Assembly (NCBI RefSeq): GCF_009914755.1 | Contig: NC_060926.1 | Reading direction: 5' to 3' (one strand) | Length of the DNA stretch: 64,000 bases | DNA from: the human T2T-CHM13v2.0 reference genome, Homo sapiens | Shown: one piece after another, positions 13,443-25,520 of the stretch | Numbering within the stretch: the stretch's first letter is position 1 | How the letters are laid out: each line of letters opens with the position of its first letter | Made by a program: the position numbers and the translations under genes | Notes under the pieces: model-generated | Told to the model about the DNA's origin: nothing | Seen by the model: the letters and a program-made list of their open reading frames with translations, nothing else | Databases searched by the model: none

Positions 13443-15370
13443 TTTCATTCCTTCAACAAATATTTAATGAGGCTCAGCTCTAGGTGCAGGCTCCCAGCAG
13501 TGAATCAAATTGTCAAGTCACTGTCCCCATGGAGCTGACATCCTCATTGTGGGAGGAGCACAGTGAGCAAAATATATAATATATGGTAATGCTACCATAT
13601 ATTATATGTGAAGAGCAAAACAGGCACGAGGGACAGGGAATGTTAGAGTGAGGTGGACAATTTTCAACACAGTAGAGAAGGGAGGTTAAAAGAAGAATGT
13701 AATGTTTGAATTTGAAAAAAATACCAGAAAACGGAGAGAGTGACTTGTAAACATATCTGTATTAGTGTTCTCTAGAGGGACAGGACTAATAGAATAGATG
13801 TATATATGAAAGGGAGTTGATTAAGGAGTATTGACTCATACGATCACAAGGTGAAGTTCCCACAATAGGCCGACTGCAAGCTGAGGAGCAAGGAAGCCAT
13901 TCCAAGTCCCAAAATCTCAAACATAGGGAAGCCAATAGTGCAGCCTTCAGTCTGTGGCCAAAGGCCCGAGAGCCATGGCAAACCACTGGTATAGGTCCAA
14001 GAGTCCAAAAGCTGAAGAACTTGGAGTCTGATGTTTGAGGACAGGAAGCATCCAGCACGGGAGAAAGATGGAGGCCAGAAGACTGAGTCAGTCTAGTGTT
14101 TCCATGTTCTTCTGCCTGCTTTATTCTAGCCTCACTGACAGCTGATTAGATTGTGCCCACCCAGAATGAGGGTGGGTCTGCCTCTCCCAGTCCACTGACT
14201 CAAATGGTAATTTCCTTTGGCAACACCCTCACAGAAACACCCAGGAACAACACTTTGCATCCTTCAATCCAATCAAGTTGACACTCAGTATTAACCATCA
14301 CAATATCTAAGGGTGAAGACTGCAGGTAGAGAAAACGCAAAATGCAGTGTCCTTATGTGTAGGATATGTTGCATGAAGAACAGCCAGGAGGATCACAGGC
14401 TGGGGTAGAGTGAGCAGGGGTGCCTAGATGACAATGTGGCCAGACAGGACACATGAGGTGTACACAGGGACAGATTTTATAAGACCTTGCACCTGTCAAG
14501 GCCTCAAGCTTTCACTCTGAGTGAGCCTCTGAGGGTTTCAAGTAGGGAAGAGACAAGATCCTAAGATAGGACTTAGATTTAGTAAGAAACTCTCTGCTTC
14601 CTGGAATCAGAACAGGTGGGATTGGGGGGCAGGATTGAAAGAACCAGGAAGGATGCTTCTGCAGCCCAGCCAAGAGTTAATGTTTGCTCTGATCAAGGAG
14701 AGGGTGGAAAATGGGGGGACTTAGAACATATTTTGAAGGTAGAAGCTGGAAGGAGTAGCCGATAGAGTGAATGCTAGTACCTTAGCAGGAAGGAAGACAG
14801 GGGTGACTCCAAGCTTCTTGGCCTGAGGAACTGGAAGAATGGGATTTCCACTAACAAAGGCAAGTAAGAGTTTAGGAAAAGCAAGTTTGAGAGAGACATG
14901 AGAGTTGGGCATGCTAGTTAATTTTGAAATGTCTCTTGGAAAGGGCGACTCACAGCTTGGTTGGCCTAGGAAAGTCTTAGTTTACTTTGTTGTCATGAAA
15001 AATTATCAATATTGTATTGATTATCAGTATCTTCCTTTCACCCTGAACACTAACCCTGTTCAGATGATATGTTCACCTTGCTGCAGGCACCTGACTGAGG
15101 AGGTCAAAGAGACATAAGAGTGTGGAGTTCATGAAGTGGTTGTGCTGGGTACAGAGCCTGGAATGAGGAAAAACCAGCAAAGGAGACACAATGAATAAAT
15201 AGATAATGATGTAGGTGGAAAGCCAGCTAAGAAAGAGGCATGGCAAAATGTGCAGACGTTACATTGGGCCACATAAGATGAAACTGGCATTGACCACTGG
15301 ATTTGGCTCTGTGGAAGGCAATTGTGGTCTTAGTTTCTAGAAAGGAATGGAAATGAAAGCCTGATTAGAA
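13443..15370 (-). mobile_element. L2 LINE remnant interrupted by MLT2A2
   Basis: 'ttcattccttcaacaaatatttaatgag' 3' end; L2-antisense sequence resumes after 14307. Confidence 0.75.
13758..14302 (-). mobile_element. Solo MLT2A2 LTR (HERV-L family)
   Basis: TG...CA termini; 'caagttgacactcagtattaaccatcaca'; carries the extra 'agggaagccaatagtgcagccttcagtctgtggccaaagg' segment absent from the provirus LTRs; perfect TSD ATATC at 13753-13757 and 14303-14307. Confidence 0.92.
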
Positions 15371-16394
15371 AGCTGCTCCCTTTTTTGGACATTGGTTTCC
15401 CACTATGGTGGAGGAAGATTGGAGACTTATATCTCCCTCAACTCTTCATTATACTTCCTCTCCAATCTCTTTTCCACTCTTGTTATATCACATTCTCTTT
15501 TGCTTAAATCCATCATCTTTGCTTTCTTCATTTTGGATGCTATAAATAATGCTCTGCTAACCCAGGTCATAACCTAGAAAGATACCATTTTTTTCTTAAT
15601 TAACCCTCTTAATTTTTTTCTTAGAGTTAAAAATGACTTTTTAATTTTTTTGCCTTATTTTCTGTGTACTTTTAGACCTTCAGCATCTCTATCATATGCC
15701 CATCAACAAAATGTTTAAAATGCTTAAACACATCATTCTCATTTCCCACTGGAGATTTTACTCTGAGAGTTTATGTCAGTTTTGTACAGTTTGGAGAGGG
15801 AGAGGAAATAGATGCATATTTGCCATGTTTAGCAGCTCATTGACCTTTGATCTGAAACCTGTTCACAAAAAGAAAGAAGGTAAAGAGACATCCTATTTTA
15901 TCTACATTTTTGAATCAGATAAAAACTACATTTTGAGTTTCCAATCAAGTTATGCCTCTACATCTTAGATGATTCAATCTTTCCCTTGAGAAAAAAACAA
16001 ACACATAAGCCAGATCAATATCTTTAAAGCCAATCTTAAAATGCATTGAATGAAAAAGAAAGTACTACTTTACATTTTTTTGTCTTGAAAACATTCCATA
16101 TTTCATGAAACTTGATCAGTTATTTTAAGAGAAGCTAGTTCCCCGGAATGTCAAGAGGCAGGCCTTTCTCTGCCTTGTTAACAGTGCTTTGTTCTGCTTT
16201 TGACTTCCTTTATAGCAGTGGGTTAGGTTGAGAGTAGTTTTCTGTGAAGAGCTGCTGATCTCCCACCAGAAGCAGAGTCAAGTGTTGTGAAGCACATGTC
16301 GCAGCATTTTTGCTCTCAGATGATGGAACTGCCTGTCTCCTAACAGAGCTGGCAGGGCCTCTGGTGAGTCAGAGCAGAGCTTCAGGGGCCATTC

Positions 16395-16665
16395 AGAGCA
16401 CAGAGGTTAAACACAAAGCTGGAGCCAGTCTGCCTGGATCTCAGTCCCAGCTCCTCCACTCACCATCTTTCAACTTTTGGTGCTCTTGGATAGAATGCTT
16501 AACCCTTGGGCATTGATCACCTCTTTTACAAAATGGGTTTATATATAATGATAGTGCCTGCCTCATAAGAGTTGTGTAATGATTGAATAAATTAAAACAT
16601 GCAAAACAGCTGAAAGAGTGTGTGATATGATGAAGATTTAGTACACGTTAGCTACTATTATTATT
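16395..16665 (+). mobile_element. MIR
   Basis: 'tggagccagtctgcctggatctcagtcccagctcc...aaatggg...gatagtgcctgcctcataagagttgtg'. Confidence 0.8.
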
Positions 16666-16818
16666 TTACTCCATTTTGTATTTTTTTAATGTTTGAAATT
16701 TTACTAATCGTTTATTATATGGATAGCCTCTTTGGCAATCAGCTTTAACCCTCCATCCAGATAAAATCATGCTGATGAGTTTAGTATATGTCCTTTTAGA
16801 TTTTAAAATAATTATATA

Positions 16819-16925
16819 TAGTTGATCCTCTGTATCTATGGATTCTACATGGCTAACTGCAGAACTTGAGCATTCACAATTTTGGTATCCACAGAGGGTC
16901 CTGGAACCAATCCCCTATGGATATA
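16819..16925. mobile_element. MER2 (Tigger family) internally deleted copy
   Basis: 'acttgagcattcacaattttggtatccacagagggtcctggaaccaatcccctatggata'. Confidence 0.75.
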
Positions 16926-17188
16926 CTATATATAATACATATAGTATATAAGAATACATATAGTATATAAGAATATATATAATACCTATGTATATATTTA
17001 GATAATATGTCCAAAACAAAAGCTGAAATTTAGCCATTTGACTTATTCCTAAGCTACTGGGAAAAAAATTAATTTTCTGGGATATTAATACACTTTTCCC
17101 TTAGAATATTCCTAAATATTCTTGAAAGATTTCCAACTAATATGCACAAAAATCACTTTTTTATGGTTTACACATGTGTATTTACATG

Positions 17189-19591
17189 CAGGCTACCTCA
17201 TTTTATTGAGCTTTGTTTTATTGCTCTTCACAGATACTGCATTTTTTACAGATTGAAGGTTTGTACCAACCATTCCTTGAGCAAGTCTATCAGCATCATT
17301 TTTCCAACAGCATGAGCTCACATTGTGTGTCTCTGTCAAATTATGGTAATTCTCACATTTCAAACTTTTCGTTATTATTATACCATTTTTAATTATTATT
17401 GTCATGGTGATCTGTGATTAGTGATCTTTGATGCTACTATTGTAATTGTTTTGGAGTACCCCAAACTGTGCCAATATAAGATGATGAACCTAATTGATAA
17501 GTGTATGTGTTCTGACTGCTCTACTGAACCCTACACCCCATCTCTCCCTTTTCTTCAGCCTCCCTACCCCCTGAGACACAAGGATATTGAAGTTAGGCCA
17601 GTTAGTAACCCTACAAAGGTCTCTAAGTGTTCAAGTAAAAGGGAGAGTCACACATATCTCAGTTTAAATCAAAAGCTAGAAATGGTTAAGCCTAGTGAGG
17701 AAGGAATGGCCAAAATCCCAGACAGACTGAAAGCTGGGCCTCTTGTGCCAGTTAGCCAAGTTATAAATGCAAAGGAAAAGTTCTTGAAGGAAGGTAAACG
17801 TGCTACTATAGTGAACACATGAATGATAGGAAAGCAAAACAGCCTTGATGCTGTTATGGAAAATGTTTTATTTAGTGGCCTCGACAGATGATCAAAACAG
17901 CCACCACCTTTTCTTAAGTCAAAGCCTAATCCAGAGCAAAGCACTAACTCTATTAAATTCTACAAAGGAGGGAGGTGAGGAAGCTGCAGAAGAAAAGTTT
18001 GAAGCTAGCAGAGGTTGGTTTATGAAGTTTAAAGAAACGAGCTGACTCCATAACATAAAAGTGCAAGGAGAAGCAGCAAGTGCTAAGAAGCTGCAGCAAG
18101 CTGTCCAGATGTAGGTAAAATAATTGATGAAGGTGGCTACACTAAACAAATATTTTCCATGTAGACAAACAGCCTTATACTGGAAGATGATGTCATCTAG
18201 GACTTTCATAGCTGGTGAGGAGAAATCAATGCCTGGCTTCAAAGAGTCAAAGGACAGGCTGACTCTCTTGTTAGGGACTAGTGCAGCTGGTGCTTTCAAT
18301 GCTGCTTTTTGAAGCAGATGTTCATTCACCATTCTAAAAATCCTAGAGCTCTTCAGAATTATGTTAAATCTACTCTACCTGTGCTCAATAAATGGAGCCA
18401 CAAAGTCTGGATGACAGCATATCTTTTTACAGCGTGTTTTACTGAATATTTTGAGACCACCATTGAGATCTACTGCTCAGAACAAAATATTACTTTCAAA
18501 ATAGTACTGCTCATTAACAATGCACCTGGTCACCCAAGAGCTCTGATGGAGATGTACAAGGAGATTAATGAGGTTTTCATGCCTGCTAACACAACATCCA
18601 TTCCACAGTCCACGGGTCAAGGAGTAATTTTGACTTTCAAGTCTTATCTTATTATTTAAGAAATACATTTCATGAGGCTATAGCTGCCATGAAATATAGT
18701 GATTCCTCTAGTGGAACTGGGCAACATAAGCTGAAAAACTTCAGGAAAGGATTCATCATTCTAGATACTATTAAGAACATTTATGATTCATTAGAGGAAG
18801 TGAAAATATCAACATTAACAGGAGTTTGGAAGAAGTTATCCCAACCCTCGTGGATGACTTTGAAGTCATAGCCAATGTGGTGGAAGTAGGAAGAGAACTA
18901 GAGTTAGAAGTGGACCCAGAGGAGGTAACTGAATCGCTGCAATCTCATAATAAAACTTTAATGGAGGAGAAGTTGTTTCTTATGGATGAGCAAAGGAAGT
19001 GGTTTATTGAGATGGAATCTACTCCTGGTGAAGATGCTGTGAACACTGGTGAAATGACAACACACTTTAGAATATTACATAAACTTATTGGATAAAGCAG
19101 CAGCAGGGTTTGAGAGGATTGACTCATTTCCAAAGAAGTTCTATGGTGGGTTCAATGCTATCAGACAGCATCACATGCTACAGAGAAATCTTTGTGAAAG
19201 GAAGACTCAACAAATGTGACATACTCCACTGTTGTCTTATTTTATTATAAGAAAATGCCACAGACATCCCAGCCTTCAGCAACCCAACCACCATTCTGAT
19301 CAGTCAGCAGCCATCAATATCAAGGCAAGACCCTCCAACAGCAAAAACATTATGTTCCCCTTAAGGCTCAGATGATTGTTAGCATTTTTTAGCCACAAAA
19401 TATTCTTTAATTAAGGTGTATACATTATTAAGACATAATGCTATTGCATACTTAATAGACTCCAGTATAGCTTAACCATAACTTTTATACACACTGGGAA
19501 ACCAAAAACTTTATATGACTCACTTTATTATGATATTTACTTTATTGCGGTGGTCTGGAACCAAATTTTCAAAATCGCTGAGGTATGCCTG
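17189..19591 (+). mobile_element. Near full-length Tigger1 DNA transposon (TcMar-Tigger/pogo), about 2.4 kb
   Basis: Terminal inverted repeats caggc(a)tacctc and gaggtatgcctg; internal transposase remnants. Confidence 0.95.
17612..19200 (+). pseudogene. Decayed Tigger1 transposase (CENP-B-type HTH plus DDE domain), with frameshifts and stops
   Basis: ORF fragments 'KCSSKRESHTYLSLNQKLEMVK', 'EKFEASRGWFMKFK', 'TALYWKMMSSRTFIAGEEKSMPGFKESKDRLTLLLG', '[10 protein letters not shown]', '[11 protein letters not shown]'. Confidence 0.9.
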
Positions 19592-19599
19592 TGCATAGA

Positions 19600-19800
19600 A
19601 AATGAAAGGTTTTCTACTATGAAGTGCATATGTGCTTTTTGGTACACAAATCGCATCATACTGTGTATGTTGTCTGCAAGTTGTATTTTACTCAACAATT
19701 TATTTTTGAAATTTATCCATGTTGATTTATGTCAACTTAATTATTTGATTTTAACTTCTGAATACCATTCCAGTGAATAAATATAGCACATTTTATATAT
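19600..19800 (-). mobile_element. L1ME-type 3' UTR fragment (probably continuous with about 16690-16810)
   Basis: 'catcatactgtgtatgttgtctgcaagttgtattttactcaacaa...tttatccatgttga'. Confidence 0.6.
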
Positions 19801-20745
19801 TGGTGAGTATTCTAGATTCTCCAGTTGCCTCTTAAGAAGCCTGCAGAAGGGTGTTTGAGTGATGCCATGAGAGAGAGGTTACTCCCTGAAACTGAAGTTT
19901 CCAGCCCTTTAAGCAAGTTTCCCATTCTCTGCTGGGTTGGATGTGATTCCTCCTTTGCCAGAGCAGGTACACCTGCATGAGTGCCGTCAGACTTCCATCT
20001 CCTGCTTACTAATTGATTGGATTAGCAGGAGGTCGCAGCAGAAGTCCTCTGCATGCATATCTTGCAAATGCCAAGGGGCATTCAGGTGCCTAGCCCACTG
20101 TTAATACCGTGATAGTCAGGTGTGTTCCTAAGACGATGTAGAATACATTGCTGCAGATGGGTCTAGCCCAGTTGAACTGGTCTGAAATCAGACACCAAGA
20201 AATTGTTCAGAGTACGTTTTGAGCAAGTTAACTGAATCATAAAACATAAATAACAGTTATCTTAACTGCCAGAATGGTTGTGAGCGATAGCTAATTGAAT
20301 ACATGGTAAAGCACTTTTTATTTGCAACGTGCCCTGCCAGAGGAAGAGGCTTAGAGGCTGGCATCAGGTCAGCACAAAATCTCCTTTGCAGGAAAACAGA
20401 CTTCATCTTTGAATTCGTGATGCCATAAAAATTCTAATTTGAGGATTTGTGAAAAGATGCACAATCTGTTGCTTCATACAGTCCATAGCTGGAAACACTG
20501 GGGCCCATCTGTTCATTGGGGAATGATTTGAGTGTGCCTTCTCGTTAGCATTTTAATTCAGGTGTAGGTGTTTAGAAAAGGCAGTTACTAAAATTAATCA
20601 TATGGGGACATGATGTGTAAACTTGTAAAGTCAAGCTGCAAGTTTGGGCCATGCTGAGTAGTAATTCCATCCAGTGATCTCTGCAGAAAGTTCCAGTGGG
20701 TGCAGATATTTAAAACCAAACTCTAGACCAGCCTAATTCTAGGGC

Positions 20746-21119
20746 TGTATTAGTCCATTCTTGTGCTGCTGGTAAAGACATACCTGAGACTGGGTAATTT
20801 ATAAAGAAAAAGAGGTTTAATGAACTCACAGTTGCACATAGCTGGGGAGGTCTCACAATCATGGCAGAAGGCAAAAGGCACATCTTATATGGCAGCAGAC
20901 AAGAGAGAGAATGAGAGCCAAGTGAAAGGGATTACCTTATAAAACCATCAGATCTTGTGAGACCTATTCACTATCACAATAACAGGATGTGGGGGGGCAG
21001 GCAGGGAACCGCTTCCATGATTCAGTTATCTCCCATCGGGTCCCTCCCACAATATGTGGGAATTATGGGAGCTACAATTCAAGATGAGATTTGGGTGGGG
21101 ATATAGCCAAACCATATCA
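20746..21119 (-). mobile_element. Solo THE1 LTR (THE1B/C, MaLR)
   Basis: tgtattagtcc...gagatttgggtggggatatagccaaaccatatca; TSD agggc/aggga. Confidence 0.93.
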
Positions 21120-21619
21120 AGGGACACAGGATGGAATGGGAATGATGGGGCCAAGGCCCTGAGGCTGTTTGTTGGTGAAGTTCTCCTCTCGGTTTCTCTA
21201 ATGGATCTCTGACTTTTGCTTTGTGAATTTCTGTATACCTGGGAGGCTATGCACCATGAAAAAGTGCTTTTGTGCACAGTAGTTTGAATTCTCCCAGGAA
21301 ACATCCAGTGGCTATGCAAGGAAAAAAAAGTTGATTCTCTTGGGCAATATATATTTTTCTCTAGTAGCTTGGGAATATGTCAAGCAGCTAAATTTCATCT
21401 TTTCGCTGTTTTTCTACAAAAAAAAGATATCGAAGCACATAAGGCAATTTTACCTGGCATTTTTCATTGTCTTTCTAATTGTTCATTTTAATATGTTAAC
21501 CACCCTGATATTAAGACGTGAGGATACAATTTAAAATGTATTTTATAACTAGCTCAGAATTTGGGGAAGAAAGTTTCAACAGTGGTATTGAAAATGTAGA
21601 GGTGCAGTTTAATTAAGTT

Positions 21620-22250
21620 GTAATTATTTAATTAACAAATGGTTTTTGCCTATTTTATGTCAGACCCCGTATAAAATGCAAGATTAGGGAAAACAAACAT
21701 GGTCTTTGCCTTTGTAGAAATTTAAGTCTCCTGGGAGGCTCAGAAACAAATAATCAAGCCAATCCATATGTAATTTCTAATTATGGAAGTGCTATTGTTT
21801 GCTATGAGATGCATCATGGGGATGAATGCCCTAGCCTGGAAATGAGGGAGTGCAGCCCCTAGGGTGCCTGTTTTGATGGAGATCTGAAGAGTGAATAGGT
21901 TTGGGATGGGACAGAGCAGGTGGGTCAGAGTGCAGGTGTGAACAGCTTCCCCTGTGAGGGACAACACATTTAAAAGGCCTTGTGGACAAAGAGACTGAGA
22001 GTCCTTTGAGGAATGAAAGTGGGTCTCTGTCACTGGAGGACAGAGAGAAGGGGCAGTCGGGGAAAGGGGAGGCCAGGAGTGTAAGGAGGGAGGAAGGGGC
22101 AGGGCTGGAAGCTGTGTTAAAGCCAAGCTCAAAGCAAAGGGAAGTCCTTGAAGCATTGTGAAAACATCATTCTGGTTGCAGAGTAAACAAGGAAATGAGT
22201 GGGGCTGAGATCATCAGTGGGCAGGCTACAGCATTTGTCTAGGTGAAGAT
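21620..22250 (-). mobile_element. L2 LINE remnant
   Basis: 'aacaaacatggtctttgcctttgtagaaatttaagtct', 'gagatctgaagagtgaatagg'. Confidence 0.65.
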
Positions 22251-22327
22251 TATTTTATGGGACACACCACACACTCATACACACGAGGACAAAGAGATAA
22301 TGAAGGTAAAAGAGACAGAAAGAGACA

Positions 22328-22432
22328 GTGTGTTTGTGTGGTTGCATGTGTGTGTGTGAGAGGGAGAGACAGAGCAAGAGAGGGAGAGAGAGGCAGGGAG
22401 ACAGCAAGGGAGAGAAGGAGAGGAGGAGAGAT
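22328..22432. repeat. (TG)n/(GA)n low-complexity tract
   Basis: Visible directly. Confidence 0.85.
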
Positions 22433-22669
22433 ATATATTGATAGAAAGAGCAAAAACTGAATTAAAAGTATTGAGAGGATGGATTTTAAAGTTAGAGCTA
22501 GCTATTCAAATCTGAGATAATGATAAAAATAAATTTTAAAATGTGGTCTCTTCTTTTAATATCAGGGTGGTTAATATAGGACAATATATAAAAAGAAATA
22601 TATGCTTCAGGTAAAATTGTTTGTAGAACTTTTCGATCATTTTTCACACAACAGCTACAAAAATGAAAT

Positions 22670-22875
22670 GTAACTGGTTCAAATCTTGCTTGGCCCAGCC
22701 GCTTTGTAACCACATGAATTTGGGCAAGTTTCTTATACAGCTCACCTTCAGCTTCTTCATTCCAGCTGGTGCTAACACTATTCTGCAAGCTGAATGGGGT
22801 CACATATGTGAGGTACCCGACTCAAGATCTGCACTTAGTTAGCCTTTACTAACATTACTGTTGTTATTATTATCA
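22670..22875 (+). mobile_element. MIR
   Basis: 'ctggttcaaatcttg...tgaatttgggcaagtttctta'. Confidence 0.7.
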
Positions 22876-23431
22876 TGTTAACAAAATTCCAAAAACTAAT
22901 ACATAATTCTTTCATCTAGAAAAGCAGGGTACTTATTACATTGTGAATACAAGTATATTTGTATTATGTGAACTCACTAGGTCATGAATATTTTTACCAT
23001 ATGGCCACACCTCAGTTGCGTTTATCCACTATTCTATCCTTTTCTAGAAAATCACTGAATATGAATAATCTCTCTTCATCTCCTTATTTGACATTGGAAT
23101 GGAGAGAAGATTAAGTAACCTAAAACCAAGTGGTAATTCTCGGATATTTAGAAGGATATTTTGAGACATTTTGTACCAAGCTTTGATGTGAAAAATATGA
23201 ATTCTGGCTTCAACAATAAGTTAATAAAATAAAAAGTGATAGAATGGGGAAAGGCTTCACATTGTTGATGGAGCTCACAGCCAGGGGCCTGGTGGGAGCC
23301 CCAGCCCTGCTGCTGAGTTCATACCAGCTCGTTTTCTAAATAAAACAGACAGTTCATGTCAACTCCCACCATAAGAATGTAAGAAGTACCTCAGGGCTAT
23401 GACTTGTCCAGATTCTCGTATCATTTTTCTC

Positions 23432-23487
23432 TGTGTGTGCAGGCGTGTGTGTGTGTGCAGGTGTGTGTCTCTGTGTGTGTGTGTGTA
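23432..23487. repeat. Interrupted (TG)n
   Basis: Visible directly. Confidence 0.85.
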
Positions 23488-23885
23488 AACTGGCTTCCTT
23501 TTCTGTGAAGACACTGCAAACCTGGCATTCCCTGCATGCCTCAACACATGCTTGCTTCCTGCTCTTCCTCAGTGACTTTGTCCAAGCCCACAATTTCTAC
23601 TGTTGCCTCTAGGTAGTGACCACAATTTTAACCTAAATAGACCTTACTCTTGAGTGAAAGCCTGAACTCAGACCTGTATCTCCAAGTATCTGTGAGCACC
23701 TTCTTTTCAAGGTATAACTAATATTTTAAGTTCAAATAGGTCTATATTGAGATTCTGTAGGAAAAAAAATACACTGGAGAAGATCTGAGTATCCATCTAA
23801 CAGAACCACTCAGTAGCTTTGTGCAGTTAACTATTTTGGGCGCCATTGCCTTTAGCTGTAAGGTGATAGGTCCTTGGTCTAGAAT

Positions 23886-24030
23886 CAGGGGTCAGCCACT
23901 GCCTGGTTTTATAAATTTTATTTACAGCCATAGCCATTCATTTACACAAAACTGCCACAGAGACTAATGGCTGTAAATCCTAAAATATTTACTGTCCAGC
24001 CCTTTACTAAAAAAGATTTGCCAATTCCTG
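23886..24030. mobile_element. MER58A hAT-Charlie, deleted copy
   Basis: 'cctaaaatatttactgtccagccctttactaaaaaagatttgccaattcctg'. Confidence 0.75.
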
Positions 24031-24057
24031 GATTAGATCACTAGTTTCTAAACTTCT

Positions 24058-24200
24058 GTTTTCTCCTCTCCCTCTTCCATTTTTTTTCCTTTTTCCCTCC
24101 CTCCGTCCCTCCAGCCCTTCCTTTCCTTCCCTCCCCTCCCTCCCTCCCTCCCTCCCTCCCTCCCTCCCTTCCTTCCTTCCTTCCTTCCTTTCTTACTTCT
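24058..24200. repeat. Polypyrimidine tract with (CCCT)n(CCTT)n
   Basis: Visible directly. Confidence 0.9.
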
Positions 24201-25054
24201 CTATATTTTTCTTTCTTAGCAACTGAATCCTTTCTCCAAACAATATATTACACAGAAGCCCAGTAGAGAACACAGATAAAAGTAGGCCTCCTCTATTTTG
24301 AAGGTTTGAATGTGGGAGTGGTTTTCGGTTTTCCAATCTGAAAGTCACTGAACTAAATTATTTTTTAAATTCTATAACTATAATGATGTATGTAGAAGTC
24401 CTGAATCCTGAGAGCTACCTGTAGTCTTTAGCAAACAGTCAAGCGATTAAATGTGTTTTGGTGCTCCCCTCTTCCTGCATTTCCCCCACTGGAGTCCCTT
24501 CTTCGACTTTGTTCTCATCTTCACTCTCCATCTGTTCCTGCCCTCCCTGTGGCTGTCTAGCTGCCAAGGAACCCTAACTGGGGCACACGCATGGCCAGAC
24601 CCCTTGCAACCATGGCCACAGTGTCAGACTTTCTCTATCTCTTCTTTGAAGGCGAAATTTTGACTTGGTGTTCTCCCCTTGGTATCTGTTTTCTCCTGAA
24701 TGACAGCTGGCTAATCAGATAAATTCAGCCTGTTAATTTTATAAAGACTGTTAATTTTTACTAATGGCTTAATGAATTTATTCCTCCCAGGTAACACATT
24801 TGTATTTTAATCAGGGCTTTCTGGAGATGGTGGCTTCATTAACTCAAAGGAAGGAGTTTAGTGGAAGGAATCCGGGCAACATTCTGACAGCTTAAGGGGT
24901 ATTTAGAGCAAAGGAAGGCTCTGGACGCTGCTCAAATCATGCTACAAATGTGGCTGTCCATGCCTCCTCTAATTTTGATTGAATCAGTCTTCTGTTTCAT
25001 GGCTATTTTGCTCATTTGGGTGGACAGCCTCATAGGCTGTGTCATTTTTCTCCC

Positions 25055-25200
25055 ACTGTGGGCTGTGTCACCATGGGCATGTGACATAGCACTTTTGGGT
25101 CTCCTCATCTGTCCTTTGTAGAGTTATTGGGGGATCAAATTAAATAACATGCATATAAAGTGTGGCATATTATCAGAATCTCAGTAAATGCTGCTTCTTT
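25055..25200 (+). mobile_element. MIR
   Basis: 'ctgtgtcaccatgggcatgtgacatagcacttttgggtctcctcatctgt'. Confidence 0.6.
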
Positions 25201-25359
25201 TCCCATCAAAGTGCAACCCAGATCTCTTATGTTTAGAAGAAACCTTCATTTTAGTTTTTTGCAGAATTTGTTCCTTGATTTAGAAGGGAAGAATTTTTTC
25301 CTCTTTATATTTTTTATCTCACTGTCAATAAATTAGCTAGCTAGAAGAGATAATAACTG

Positions 25360-25520
25360 GAATCAGAGACGTCCATAACTGTAAGGGACATCAGAAAACA
25401 TCTAATTTGCTTCTTTTATTTCCCAGACACACTGAGAAGTTAAATGGTTTATGCAGGGTCTCTGGCTGTCTAGTGAGTGGCAGATCTAGAATTAGAAACC
25501 AGGCCTCCCAAACTCCCAGT
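25360..25520 (-). mobile_element. MIR
   Basis: 'gagaagttaaatggtttatgcagggtc...agtgagtggcagatctagaattagaaaccagg'. Confidence 0.65.

Noticed and set aside
17421-19095. Possible domesticated TIGD-like transposase gene
   Set aside because: The reading frame is split by many stops and frameshifts, and the element retains its terminal repeats, as expected for a neutrally decaying Tigger1.
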